Assembly (NCBI GenBank): GCA_030867685.1
Contig: JAQOWU010000007.1
Span: 372,001-436,000 of the forward strand
Direction of reading: 5' to 3'
Length of the DNA stretch: 64,000 nucleotides
Source of the DNA: Wickerhamiella versatilis
Lineage: Eukaryota
Shown: positions 10,881 to 21,262 of the stretch, in pieces
Position numbering within the stretch: position 1 is the first letter of the stretch
Layout: each line of letters opens with the position of its first letter
Position numbers and translations under genes: made by a program
Notes under the pieces: generated by a model
What the model was told of the DNA's origin: nothing
What the model saw: only the letters and a program-made list of their open reading frames with translations
Database searches by the model: none

Positions 10881-12206
10881 CTAAGATTTATGCTTTTCTT
10901 TTACAGCTTCTGTGGCTTTGGTGGCTGCAGCTATGATAGTATCTATGTCTGCATCAGTCATTGCGGTCGACATAGCCAGAAAACCACTGCTTGCCGCAAA
11001 AACACCGTTATCTAAAAGCCCCAGGTGAAATATTTTAAGCATATCCTTTTCTTGAGGCGTTTGATAAGCTGTGCGATAGTCGGAAATCGCCTTCTTTCCA
11101 AAATGGACATTCAAAAGAGAACCGACGCCGGTAGCGTGACCGGGTACGTCAAAATCTTTGAATATCTGGTTGAGACTATCACGAACCTTCTGGCCCATTT
11201 CGTTAAGACGCAAAAAAGCTTCCCTATCCAGCAGTTTCATACTTTTGATCCCCGCCGTCATAGTGACAGGATTAGCGGAAAATGTGCCGGCATGGGGAAC
11301 CGCAGGATTACCCTTCGATGGATCAAATACACTCATTATATCCTTACTTCCTCCAATGGCACCTACAGGAAAGCCACCACCAATTATTTTCCCCAGTGTG
11401 GTCAAATCTGGTTTCGCATCCCATAATCCTTGAGCGCCGTTAAAACCAAGTCTGAAGTTAATAACCTCGTCAAATATGAGAAGCGACCCAATTTCGTGTG
11501 CCTTCTTGGTTAGCGACTCGATAAAATCCTTTCTAGCAGGGATTAGACTGACATGACTAGGTAAGGGGTCCACGATTACTGCGGCTATCTGACCAGCGTT
11601 CTGTTCCAATATCTGATTCGATGTCTCAATATCATTGAAAGGCAAAACTACGACATCATTAAGGACCCCACCTGGAGTTGCTTTGCTATAAGCTACTGAC
11701 TGTGGGTATTTATCACCCCAGTTTTCAGGAGAAGAATCGAGACTTACCTCTGCGAAATCATATGTACCATGATAGGATCCCTCAACTTTTGCGATTTTAG
11801 GATGACCAGTATAAGCCCTTGCTGCTTTTATCGCCATCATTACAGCCTCACTACCTGAGTTCGTGAACCTGATTTGCTCAGCTGTGGGCAGGCGTTCCAC
11901 TAGAATCTCTGCTAAATCTATCTCAGACTCCGTCGGCAAGCCGAAGCATGTACCCAATTGAATTTGCTGCTCAACAGCATTTAAAATATCTGGATTAGCA
12001 TGACCATGAATCAAAGATGTGAAGTTGTTATTGCAATCGACCCTCACCTTGCCATCGGCATCCCAAACCTTGGAACCTTTTCCACGTACCGCATAGAGCG
12101 GGAAGGGCCTCATGTAAATACTAGACCGCGTATTTCCTCCAGGAAGTACGCGGCAAGCCCTTTCATAAAGTTTTTCCGAACCTATAGCGTCTGTTGGATA
12201 GCTCAT
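10881..12206 (-). CDS. Class III PLP aminotransferase, HemL/GSA-aminomutase-like, bacterial type
   Basis: LPGGNTR, RFTNSGSEA, GSYHG, LIFDEVINFR, LGKIIGGGFPVGA (PLP Lys), HAGTFSANP. Confidence 0.88.
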   Translation of the reverse strand: MSYPTDAIGSEKLYERACRVLPGGNTRSSIYMRPFPLYAVRGKGSKVWDADGKVRVDCNNNFTSLIHGHANPDILNAVEQQIQLGTCFGLPTESEIDLAEILVERLPTAEQIRFTNSGSEAVMMAIKAARAYTGHPKIAKVEGSYHGTYDFAEVSLDSSPENWGDKYPQSVAYSKATPGGVLNDVVVLPFNDIETSNQILEQNAGQIAAVIVDPLPSHVSLIPARKDFIESLTKKAHEIGSLLIFDEVINFRLGFNGAQGLWDAKPDLTTLGKIIGGGFPVGAIGGSKDIMSVFDPSKGNPAVPHAGTFSANPVTMTAGIKSMKLLDREAFLRLNEMGQKVRDSLNQIFKDFDVPGHATGVGSLLNVHFGKKAISDYRTAYQTPQEKDMLKIFHLGLLDNGVFAASSGFLAMSTAMTDADIDTIIAAATKATEAVKEKHKS

Positions 12207-12439
12207 ACAGGCACGATTTGGATGACCTCTACCCTGTTAAGTCGATGTGGTTTATGTAATCAAATGTTGCTGATAACTTATTGTCGAAAGTGTCTTAATC
12301 TGTTCACTTCTCTCTTTTATTTATGTGCTTATTTTAATGGCGATTTGCATGTTGTTGGAACTATATCAAACCTATTCTGATATGCAGATTGATGCCGTGT
12401 GTTATTAATCACAGTCTTATCCTATTCTATAGATTGTGA

Positions 12440-14170
12440 ATGTTCGTATCACGCTTGTTGAGAAATAAATGGTATTCTGACCAAAGTAATGGCTCTGGTA
12501 TGCCATTGAAACTACTCCTGTCAACAGATGGAGTATACACGCCGCCCAAAGGCAATGGCCAGATGAAATTTAGTTTTCCTAATCCTGAACCCTCTGTGAG
12601 CTTCGCTGGCTATCTATTTGCTTTCGAAGTGATCACATTTGAAAATTCATATGGTTTAGATCCAAAAAATACCGTCATAAAGAAGACAGAGAGAGGAATC
12701 GAGCTGTGTACCAATCGCTTGACATGGGCTGGAGGGCAACAATACGAAAGCGGTACCGTTCGTGCTCATATCTTTCTATCGGTGGAGAACTATATAGAGT
12801 GGCAGGTAACGGCATGTATGGCTAATGGTAGTCATATCAAAGCAATAAAGAGTATCGTGCGAGGGCTACCTCGAGGTAAATTATCTGTCTCTGCTGCAGA
12901 ATTTGAGGAACCTGGTGATAATGAAAAAATTTTTGAATATCCAGCTTTGCAAGGAGGCATGGCAACCCCTTTCGTGGCCATTGAGGAAGAAAGTGGTGAT
13001 CTATACGGCATTTCCTCCTTACAAAGTGAGGTTCGTCCGGCAAGGTTTGTTTTCTTCCCAGGTCCTTCGGGGTACAGAACTGAGCTTATTTATGAGCAGG
13101 CTGGATGGAATCCTTCTTCGGTTGTTAGGGCTCATCCTTGGCGTATTGTCGGACCTAAAGACTCTTTTAAAGATATATGTCGTATCCATTTCGAAGAAGT
13201 AGCACACAATTGGTCCTGGTGTCCATTTAAAACCAGATTAGATGTACCCATGTGGATGAAAAGTATATCGCTTGTGGTTTCGCTCCATGGGGAGCATTGG
13301 ACTGGGTTCGTACACAACAGCTTTCGTCAACAAACAGAGATTCTTCGATGGATTGCTACCCAGATAAACCCAGCTAACGTCATGGTTTTTTTAACTGGAT
13401 GGGATGGAAGGTACTATTGGTCTTATCCTAGTTTTGAAATTGGACGTCATCCTGGTGGGGCTCGTGATTTTAAAGAGCTAATTGATGTGGGCCACAGTTT
13501 GGGCTTTCATTTCGCGCTCATGTTCACGAGCAATGTAGCTAATCCTACATCTCCAGACTATGCTATGATATCTCATGCTAGGTTGAGGACTATATATAAG
13601 GACCCATTCCCCGGTAACTATGTTGACTGGGATGGTGACCGCAAAGGTGAGGGCTCGATGGTTTTTATGAACCTTGCTGTCGAGAGCTGGAGAAATTGGT
13701 TATACTGTAAAATCGCTGAAATGATCGAGAATTACAGGGTAGATGCGTATTTTCTCGATATTTGCGGCTTATGGGAGAACAATTTGGATGGTGATATGTT
13801 TCTCGGTCTCAAGAAGTTGGTGGAGTCACTTGCTGCTCGGTTTCCTGGTGTGCCACCAATTGCAGAAATGCAATATGATGCTCAAATGGGTATCATACCG
13901 ATGAATCAGGTTCCACGGTTCTCTATGTTCGACCAAGCCAATTATGAAACTGTCGCTTCTTTCTGTCACTTAAGTTGGCCAGCACCTGGTGATGGATCCA
14001 CTGGAATTCATGAGTATGGATTTGGTAAATATATACCTGTAGATCCCCATCAGTCCCCGATTCCTACTATCTCCTTTACATGTGACACATTCAAGCGACA
14101 TTCTGACGCAGTGTCCCGCGATATTGCTACGGCTAAAGAGCGATTCCTTTTGAGAGGTAATAAGACATAG
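12440..14170 (+). CDS. Uncharacterised protein, probable glycoside-hydrolase-like TIM barrel (start may be 12500 or 12563)
   Basis: 576-aa ORF; GWDGRYY, GGARDFKELIDVGHSLG, FMNLAVESWRNWL, YRVDAYFLD resemble GH27/31/36-type barrels; no fungal family recognised. Confidence 0.55.
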   Translation: MFVSRLLRNKWYSDQSNGSGMPLKLLLSTDGVYTPPKGNGQMKFSFPNPEPSVSFAGYLFAFEVITFENSYGLDPKNTVIKKTERGIELCTNRLTWAGGQQYESGTVRAHIFLSVENYIEWQVTACMANGSHIKAIKSIVRGLPRGKLSVSAAEFEEPGDNEKIFEYPALQGGMATPFVAIEEESGDLYGISSLQSEVRPARFVFFPGPSGYRTELIYEQAGWNPSSVVRAHPWRIVGPKDSFKDICRIHFEEVAHNWSWCPFKTRLDVPMWMKSISLVVSLHGEHWTGFVHNSFRQQTEILRWIATQINPANVMVFLTGWDGRYYWSYPSFEIGRHPGGARDFKELIDVGHSLGFHFALMFTSNVANPTSPDYAMISHARLRTIYKDPFPGNYVDWDGDRKGEGSMVFMNLAVESWRNWLYCKIAEMIENYRVDAYFLDICGLWENNLDGDMFLGLKKLVESLAARFPGVPPIAEMQYDAQMGIIPMNQVPRFSMFDQANYETVASFCHLSWPAPGDGSTGIHEYGFGKYIPVDPHQSPIPTISFTCDTFKRHSDAVSRDIATAKERFLLRGNKT

Positions 14171-14625
14171 TATAATAAGTATAATAATCTATTGTATATT
14201 ACAGGTGTTGATACTATATGCTAGTTGTGCCATTTCTTTATCTATTTGCATGCATATAATGAACAGTAATTTGGCAGTGTAATGTTTAAAATGTTATCTA
14301 GGTTGACCAGCTGCGCTAGTCAAAGAACAGGAAGCTAATATTTAAAGAATTTGGTTGTATAATGAGCCACCAATTATTTTTTTTACAAAATTGTACAGAG
14401 ATTAGTTCGTAAACTATTAAGAAATATGTTGGTTCAAGATATTCACACGAAACATGGTGAAAAGGGCCTAAAGATGATCGCAGCGAGCATATTTCGCCGG
14501 TAGGTCGAGATTATTTTTGCTTCAACTACAGGTTGTCATACTTTATATACCCCCTCCTCGCCTCTCTCCTCATAGTCACAATTAGTAACCGAGATAGCAT
14601 TTGTCCGTGGTACAAAAAGGTGGTT

Positions 14626-16347
14626 ATGGGAGCTGAGCCTGACTCAGGAGTAAAAGGTTGGATTGGAAACAGATCCAAAACAATCGCGAAAAGCATCTGG
14701 TTCCATTACTTTACATATGATGGGCTTATAGGGGATGTTGATTATGCTTATCTTTTTCGACCAACAATCCCCTTCACAAAGTGGAATAACTCAACACATG
14801 TTTTCTTTGGGTTGGATGAGAAACTACCTACGTTATTAGCTGCTATACTGGGCCTCCAGCACTGCATGGCTATGGCACCTGGATTAGCATCAACTGCATT
14901 ATTATTGCAATCCTACTTAAAGCTATCTTCACAGCAAACAGAATACATTATATCGGCAACTTTCATTACAGCCGGAATATTCAGTGCAATAATGATTGCT
15001 CGTATCCCAATACCATTCACTAACAGATATATCGGGACAGGGATGATATCTGTCTTAGGCATGTCGCCTACAATAGCTACCATTCTCAACCAGTCCCTTA
15101 CAGAGATGTACAACAATGGATTCTGTCCGGTTGATTCGGATGGCACTAAACTTCCGTGCCCAGACGCATATGGTGCAGCACTAGGTACATGTGCCGTATG
15201 TGGTCTTTTTGTGGTTCTTCTTTCATTTTTACCACCAAGAATCATTCACAAGATATTTCCTCATATAGTCACTGGTCCTGTTGTCGTACTGATAGGACTT
15301 TCACTCGCGATAAGTGGCGTAAAGGATTTTGGAGGGGGTACTGCGTGCTATCCTCACGATCAGTGTAACACGGGAACTTCCCAAAGCCATCCCTGGGGAT
15401 CAGGGCAATTTATAGGCTTAGGCTTCAGTGTGGTTATCACAATTGTACTTTTTGATAAGTTCGGGGGCCCAATAATGAAGTCATGTGCTACTATTCTCGG
15501 GTTGATTGTGGGATGCATTATTGCTGCAGCAACCAAGTACTTTTCTCACGAATCTATCGATGAAGCCCCGAATGGGCAGTTTTTGTGGACCACGACATTC
15601 AGACTAACTGTGTATGGTCCCCTTGTGCTACCATGCATTGCTCTTGTATTAATATTGGCTGCAGAATCTGTGGGTGATATTGCAGCCACTGCGCAACTTA
15701 GTAAACTACCCGTTGGTGATGATGGTGAAGAGCACCAGAGACGTGTGAGGGATGGCCTTCTAGCAGCAGGGCTTGCTACGATCTTCGGCGGCCTTTTTAC
15801 AACTGCTGCAAACAGCTCTTATAGTCAAAACAATGGAATAATCGCAATTACTCAAACGGCATCAAGATCTGCAGGGTTTTATTGTGCGTGGTGGCTATTT
15901 CTGATGGGTATAGTTGGAAAGTTTAGCGCGGCTATGGTTGCAATTCCGAAAGCAGTATTCGGTGGATTGGAGTGTTTCCTTTTCACGAGTATCTCAGTCG
16001 CTGGGCTTGGGATAATTGGAAATATTCATCCATTCACTCGCCGTGATCGGATGGTCTTAACTATTGAGCTTTTGTTTGGATTTGCTTCTTTGTTGATACC
16101 CACATGGTTTGATGATGTCTTTTTACCATCCGCGAGAGATGGATCTAATCCCGGTCTGTCGAGTTTTGTCAATTCGATAGTAACAGTCGTTGAAACCCCT
16201 TATGCTATAAGTGCAGTATCAGGTGTTGCCGCTAATTTCTTATTGACTCAACATGAAACTGTCGTTGACGAAGAAGAAATTGAGGGGAAGACAGTCTCGG
16301 ACGATGAAGTAGAGGTTATGAATCCATCCAAAAGCGCACCAGTATAA
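14626..16347 (+). CDS. NAT/NCS2 uric acid-xanthine permease (UapA/UapC-like)
   Basis: DYAYLFRPTIPF, LGLQHCMAM, NAT signature QNNGIIAITQ, FTRRDR; first ATG at 14626 (the track start is TTG). Confidence 0.92.
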   Translation: MGAEPDSGVKGWIGNRSKTIAKSIWFHYFTYDGLIGDVDYAYLFRPTIPFTKWNNSTHVFFGLDEKLPTLLAAILGLQHCMAMAPGLASTALLLQSYLKLSSQQTEYIISATFITAGIFSAIMIARIPIPFTNRYIGTGMISVLGMSPTIATILNQSLTEMYNNGFCPVDSDGTKLPCPDAYGAALGTCAVCGLFVVLLSFLPPRIIHKIFPHIVTGPVVVLIGLSLAISGVKDFGGGTACYPHDQCNTGTSQSHPWGSGQFIGLGFSVVITIVLFDKFGGPIMKSCATILGLIVGCIIAAATKYFSHESIDEAPNGQFLWTTTFRLTVYGPLVLPCIALVLILAAESVGDIAATAQLSKLPVGDDGEEHQRRVRDGLLAAGLATIFGGLFTTAANSSYSQNNGIIAITQTASRSAGFYCAWWLFLMGIVGKFSAAMVAIPKAVFGGLECFLFTSISVAGLGIIGNIHPFTRRDRMVLTIELLFGFASLLIPTWFDDVFLPSARDGSNPGLSSFVNSIVTVVETPYAISAVSGVAANFLLTQHETVVDEEEIEGKTVSDDEVEVMNPSKSAPV

Positions 16348-16515
16348 CTAACCTCATATCATGAAAACTAGCTAATCTCAAGTCACAAATAGAATGTCGT
16401 ACTTAAGGGGTGCTTCACTATGTGCTAAAGGCATTCAATAAGGACCATAAGGCAAGCAATTTTTTTTTAAAAAAAGGATCACATCTAAATTTAACAACAT
16501 CCCCTTAATGTAGGT

Positions 16516-17745
16516 TTAAGCTGGAATTCCGTGAATTTCAGGAGGGGGTATGTTATCAGGAATATAGTCGAATCGAGATCCTTCATGATTTTGATTTTGC
16601 AATTTGGTATTCTTTATGGATATCCACGCAAAGATAGGTAGTAGGCATGCTAGTGCTGTTAGCATCCAAAACGACTTCACGAGTCCCGCGGCGTTCGCTA
16701 CGAATCCTATGACAGCAGGCCCAACAAATCCACCGAAGCATCCTATAGATGCGACCGCTGATATAGCAAGGCTTGAAGGCATGGAAGACTGCAAGCCTGC
16801 AAGTCGTGTCACAGCCGGAGCTATATTAGCAACACCTAGACCCACTAGCGCGAATCCAAAATAAGCTGCTGAGGCCACCGAGGATAAGACTACTAGAAAG
16901 AATCCGGAAATAGCCAGGGTACTACTTAAAATTAGAGAAACAGTGTCTCCATATCTTGCGATAAAGTAGTCCCCACTGAGCCTTCCTAAAGTCATTGCTA
17001 CAGAAAAGGCGATGAATCCATAGCCAGCATTACTTGGGGCAGCTAATCCACGATCAGTTATGAATAACGCACTCCAGTCAAGCACAGATCCTTCTAAAAT
17101 AAACGAAGTAAGGTTGAAAAGAGCCAGGAGACCAACCACACCATGTGGAAAGACAAATACTGGAGATGATTCTCCCGGCATACGATGGCCAGGAAGAAGT
17201 CGCGGATACGCCAATGCCACCATAACAAGAACCAAAAGAGTCGCTGCTAGGGTTGCGGATATAGGAATGAATCCCAAAGATAGTAATACTGTCAAGAATG
17301 CGGACCCAGCAAATGTGCCGACACTGAAGTGTCCATGAAATCCAGACATGAGGGGGACACCCACAATTTTTTCAATTTCCACGCCATGAACATTTTCTGC
17401 AACACCAAGAATACCGAAGAAGACCCCGAAAAGGATCAAAAAAGGGGCGATTGTCACTGAAGTTGGCATGAAGGATAAAGGTGGTAGAATGCAGCCAGCA
17501 CCAAGCATTCCCATGATAATGAATATCTTGCAACCATAACGATGGCAAAGGGGACCGACAATAACCGTACTCAACAATGCACCACCGCTAATGAGGAGAA
17601 GCAGTATTCCCATCATAGCAGCGTCAACAGACAAGCGTGCTTTCATATAAGGAATTAGTGGTGCCCAGCAAGACACAATAAATCCGTGTGAGAAGTAAGA
17701 CAGTCTTACAGCAATTTTTGCATTCGTGGCCGCACGCAGCTCCAT
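16516..17745 (-). CDS. Bacterial-type MFS transporter (YbjJ-like)
   Basis: WAPLIP, LMSGFHGHFSVG, EGSVLDWSALF, AMTLGRLSGD, GPAVIGFVA; compact ~410 aa. Confidence 0.8.
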   Translation of the reverse strand: MELRAATNAKIAVRLSYFSHGFIVSCWAPLIPYMKARLSVDAAMMGILLLLISGGALLSTVIVGPLCHRYGCKIFIIMGMLGAGCILPPLSFMPTSVTIAPFLILFGVFFGILGVAENVHGVEIEKIVGVPLMSGFHGHFSVGTFAGSAFLTVLLSLGFIPISATLAATLLVLVMVALAYPRLLPGHRMPGESSPVFVFPHGVVGLLALFNLTSFILEGSVLDWSALFITDRGLAAPSNAGYGFIAFSVAMTLGRLSGDYFIARYGDTVSLILSSTLAISGFFLVVLSSVASAAYFGFALVGLGVANIAPAVTRLAGLQSSMPSSLAISAVASIGCFGGFVGPAVIGFVANAAGLVKSFWMLTALACLLPIFAWISIKNTKLQNQNHEGSRFDYIPDNIPPPEIHGIPA

Positions 17746-17937
17746 ATTCACTGAAAGACGTATAGCATGAAACTACAAGTAAATGTGGCTTAGTCAAAAC
17801 ATCGGAGGACCGCTCACAAAGGACGGAAGAATAGATCAAGTGACCCAGTATTTATATGAACTCGATAAATGTGAAATGCAGGATTTCCCACAGTTATACT
17901 GAGTTTTTCTGAAGTTCAATTAAATTTCGAAAGCGAT

Positions 17938-19896
17938 ATGTCAGCTATCATGCGGCGCTCGGTATCAGATGCCCGATATCCATTACGTAAGGTCACCTGC
18001 ACGGCGATTGCGGCGGGGATGTCGATCCGTGTACAAAAGCGTAAGTACACGAGAGTACATGTTGCCTGTGATAATTGCAGACAACGCAAGACCCGATGTG
18101 ACTCTGTACGACCTTCCTGTGGTAACTGCATGAAAGAAGGAGAGAATTGTGTTTACGCTGCATCCCCTCCCCGACCGAATGATTCAAATTTGGTCTTCAT
18201 GAATGAGCGCTTCGACAGAATCGAGAATATTCTACAGAAAATTATAGATACAAGGGCACAGGACAATGAGTCAATCACGGAAGAGCTTCGCAACATACTC
18301 GAATCAAGCAGAAAAAAAGAAGCCCAAAAACCAAACGATAAGATATCTGTATCTCGGAAAGACAAGGCAATCATTTCAAACTTCAATGAAAGGCTGTCCC
18401 ACGTGAAGATGCATACTAGTGGGAACCAGGAAAGCTCTACCGTATACATATCGGGAGTTTTTCTTTCGATTCTAAGTTCAACAGACATAGAGGTGCTTTC
18501 GCGACTACTCGACGATCCAAAACTGGGACAAAGCCTTGAGGAGAGATCTTATGAGGTGTGGCGTTCATCACAATCACTCCTGACAGTATTATTTGACAAC
18601 TCTACACCTATATCAGAAGATCATATATATTATGAGAGGTGTCTAGAGATATTTCTTCAAACAACCAGTCCTTATATTCGATGTCTTATTGGGACAGAGG
18701 ATTTGGACCCAAGGCGAAGCTTTTCCTCCGATCATTTAAGGAAAGGGATTACTGCGGCAGTAGTCATTATAGGGAGTGTAGGCATGCGACTTGATCCAAA
18801 CCATGGACAGCTTCCCTTGCAAAAAATAAACCTTTACGAAAAATCTGGATACTATCAGGCGATACGAGTTTTAAATCTTATCAGATTCTCGAAACCAGGA
18901 TTTCTGGAGGTAAGACTTAGCATGCTTCTCATTTGGCTCCTATATACATTCAGCTCCTTCCCATCAACATTGCAACTTTTTGATCCTATTATAGGTATGG
19001 CAAAAGCAATTGGTATTGATCATTGCGATAATTCTTCCGAGCGGAATGCCCAAGAAAGTGTTGTCTGGTTCTTGATAACCAACTTTCAATACCTACTAGC
19101 AATAAGTATGTCAATAAGAGCTATCGAAGATCAACCAGAACCAAATGATGACATGATGCATGATTTCTTTTCAAATTCTGAAATGACTGCACTGCAATAC
19201 TCAGGAGGTATCCACAAAATATATGATGAAGCATATGACTGTTTATTCCATGCTATGAGGCACAATAATTCGGCAGAATACATCTATAGGGACATAAAAA
19301 GCTTGGATGAAAAGCTTGTATCCTGGCGTAACCAGATTCCTGGAGCAATTTGGAACATCGAGGTGCCACCCGACTCAGGACTGTCAAGTTTTCTTCGCAC
19401 ATTTCCCTCAGGTAATTTAAAATACAAATATTATCATACTGTGATTGCAGTACATTCGATTGCAGCCTTCAGCTCAGAGCAATTTGCTTCATATCGGGGG
19501 CATTCTTTGGCTAAAGTTTCGAATGCAGCACGGGCACTATTTAATGCCTCTATCACATCGCAGCTCGCTAAAGCCGACTGTACGCTGTTACATAACTGTG
19601 GAATCACTTCAGCAATTATATGCCTCTTGTACAAACAACTCTATTATCCGTATGCCAAATCAAACTATGAAGACCTATGCCTTGTGAAGGAAAATATAAC
19701 ACTATTTTCCCTAAATGGACTTGTTCCTAATCATCGAAACCCGGTGTCCACGATTTGGGAGACTTTAGCCGATCTAATGTCGCGCCATTATCGTATTCAT
19801 CACCTAAACGTGGAAAATTACACTGATAATAAGGGGTATTCTGATTTGCCAATTGGTAAGGAATTTGCAGAAAGTGACCAATGTTCAATTATTTAA
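17938..19896 (+). CDS. Zn2Cys6 transcription factor
   Basis: ACDNCRQRKTRCDSVRPSCGNCMKEGENCVY; true start may be a downstream Met. Confidence 0.9.
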   Translation: MSAIMRRSVSDARYPLRKVTCTAIAAGMSIRVQKRKYTRVHVACDNCRQRKTRCDSVRPSCGNCMKEGENCVYAASPPRPNDSNLVFMNERFDRIENILQKIIDTRAQDNESITEELRNILESSRKKEAQKPNDKISVSRKDKAIISNFNERLSHVKMHTSGNQESSTVYISGVFLSILSSTDIEVLSRLLDDPKLGQSLEERSYEVWRSSQSLLTVLFDNSTPISEDHIYYERCLEIFLQTTSPYIRCLIGTEDLDPRRSFSSDHLRKGITAAVVIIGSVGMRLDPNHGQLPLQKINLYEKSGYYQAIRVLNLIRFSKPGFLEVRLSMLLIWLLYTFSSFPSTLQLFDPIIGMAKAIGIDHCDNSSERNAQESVVWFLITNFQYLLAISMSIRAIEDQPEPNDDMMHDFFSNSEMTALQYSGGIHKIYDEAYDCLFHAMRHNNSAEYIYRDIKSLDEKLVSWRNQIPGAIWNIEVPPDSGLSSFLRTFPSGNLKYKYYHTVIAVHSIAAFSSEQFASYRGHSLAKVSNAARALFNASITSQLAKADCTLLHNCGITSAIICLLYKQLYYPYAKSNYEDLCLVKENITLFSLNGLVPNHRNPVSTIWETLADLMSRHYRIHHLNVENYTDNKGYSDLPIGKEFAESDQCSII

Positions 19897-19994
19897 CATT
19901 AATAGAATAGAACTCTAAGATAGTTTAGAATAACTGTGAAAAAACTCTAGTATTTGATTTCTGAGTCTTAGGGAGCGGGCTTTCTTGCATTGTT

Positions 19995-20019
19995 CAACCA
20001 GTCTCAGGTAGTGAGGTGG
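19995..20019 (-). repeat. Dispersed ~25-bp intergenic element, copy A (CCACCTCACTACCTGAGACTGGTTG)
   Basis: 21 bp identical to 43206-43226; near-identical to 63435-63458. Confidence 0.85.
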
Positions 20020-20268
20020 CTTGAGATTCGCTGAAAAGTGGTTTGGGAGGAGGCCCTGGAGTTGAAAGTAAGAGAAGTCAAGCTAATCTGGTACATCTCA
20101 TGCTGCAGAAGGTCACCCCATTTGCGATAGAAGCCTATACAAACAAAAGGTTCGCAATTATAGCCGATCTATCTATAAATGTATTTACTAAATATGTGAG
20201 TCTATTTTGCTATGAAAGCTCACTTAGTATCAACTTTTGTTTGCTTAAATACGTTTTCGCAACTGCGA

Positions 20269-21060
20269 TTAGTCCGCATGGTGCTTGGTTGTGACTCTTT
20301 GAGCAGTAGGCATATATATTGGCGGGAAATCAAAGTAGCAGTTCTCATAGTTAGCCAGACCTGCGAACATATTGTAGAATCCTAGGATTCCAACTACAAT
20401 TCCAGTCCAGCCTCCTGCGAGAGCAACATTGTCATTTCCTGTCAATTTCGAGACTGCTAATAACAGAAGAGTAACGTCCAGCGTGAACACTAGTAAGAAG
20501 AAGGGTACGGTCGACCTGATTGTAGTTATCGTCATAAAAAAAGTGAATATAAACCAACACCACAGGAACATAGCCGTTGCTTGATTAAACTCTTCTGCTG
20601 TATAGGCATCAGCCACACCGAAAGGCCCAGTCAAAAGTATGGAATAGGAAATCCAAAACATACCGTAGGAACCTAAAGCAACAGCACCCCAAGTATTCTC
20701 AACTGCAAGTTCCCACATCGCGGCAAGAAATTGGACAAATCCTCCGAAGCTGTATGCAACGGAAGTGATGATGATAGGCTCGGAGACGCCACGAATTCGC
20801 ACGTTGAGCATCGACAAGAAAAGTGTAGTCACGCTAAAACTCGCCAAGCCCATGGGGGTCGGATTACCAAGTTTCCTTTTTGAAGGAACGTAGAGTCCAG
20901 GTCTGAAGTCACCACCAAATGCAGTCGACAAATCTGACCGAAGATACTTTTGACGGCCGATATGGACATATTCTTGGTTTTCTCCAGAAGTTCTGATGCG
21001 CTGCAACGGCTCGTCGACAGAATGGGCGTCTTTGACGCTATCTCCGGAATGCCCAAACAT
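20269..21060 (-). CDS. ADY2: Gpr1/Fun34/YaaH acetate/carboxylate transporter (Ady2/Ato-like)
   Basis: LGNPTPMGLASF (NPAPLGL signature), ENTWGAVALGSYGMFW, AFGG. Confidence 0.9.
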   Translation of the reverse strand: MFGHSGDSVKDAHSVDEPLQRIRTSGENQEYVHIGRQKYLRSDLSTAFGGDFRPGLYVPSKRKLGNPTPMGLASFSVTTLFLSMLNVRIRGVSEPIIITSVAYSFGGFVQFLAAMWELAVENTWGAVALGSYGMFWISYSILLTGPFGVADAYTAEEFNQATAMFLWCWFIFTFFMTITTIRSTVPFFLLVFTLDVTLLLLAVSKLTGNDNVALAGGWTGIVVGILGFYNMFAGLANYENCYFDFPPIYMPTAQRVTTKHHAD

Positions 21061-21262
21061 AAAGGTGGGGTACTTTTTTTGGAGGGGTTGCTTACCTACT
21101 CCTCTCTGAAACGTTTATTACTAATATACATTTATTACTAATACTCCTATTAGGCTACGGCTACAGCACTATGGATTGGCATTCGGTAACATCGCTTCTC
21201 AATAAACAATTCTATCATCGAAAAGGCTTCAGTTTATGTGCTACTTAAGCTATTCCTGACAG

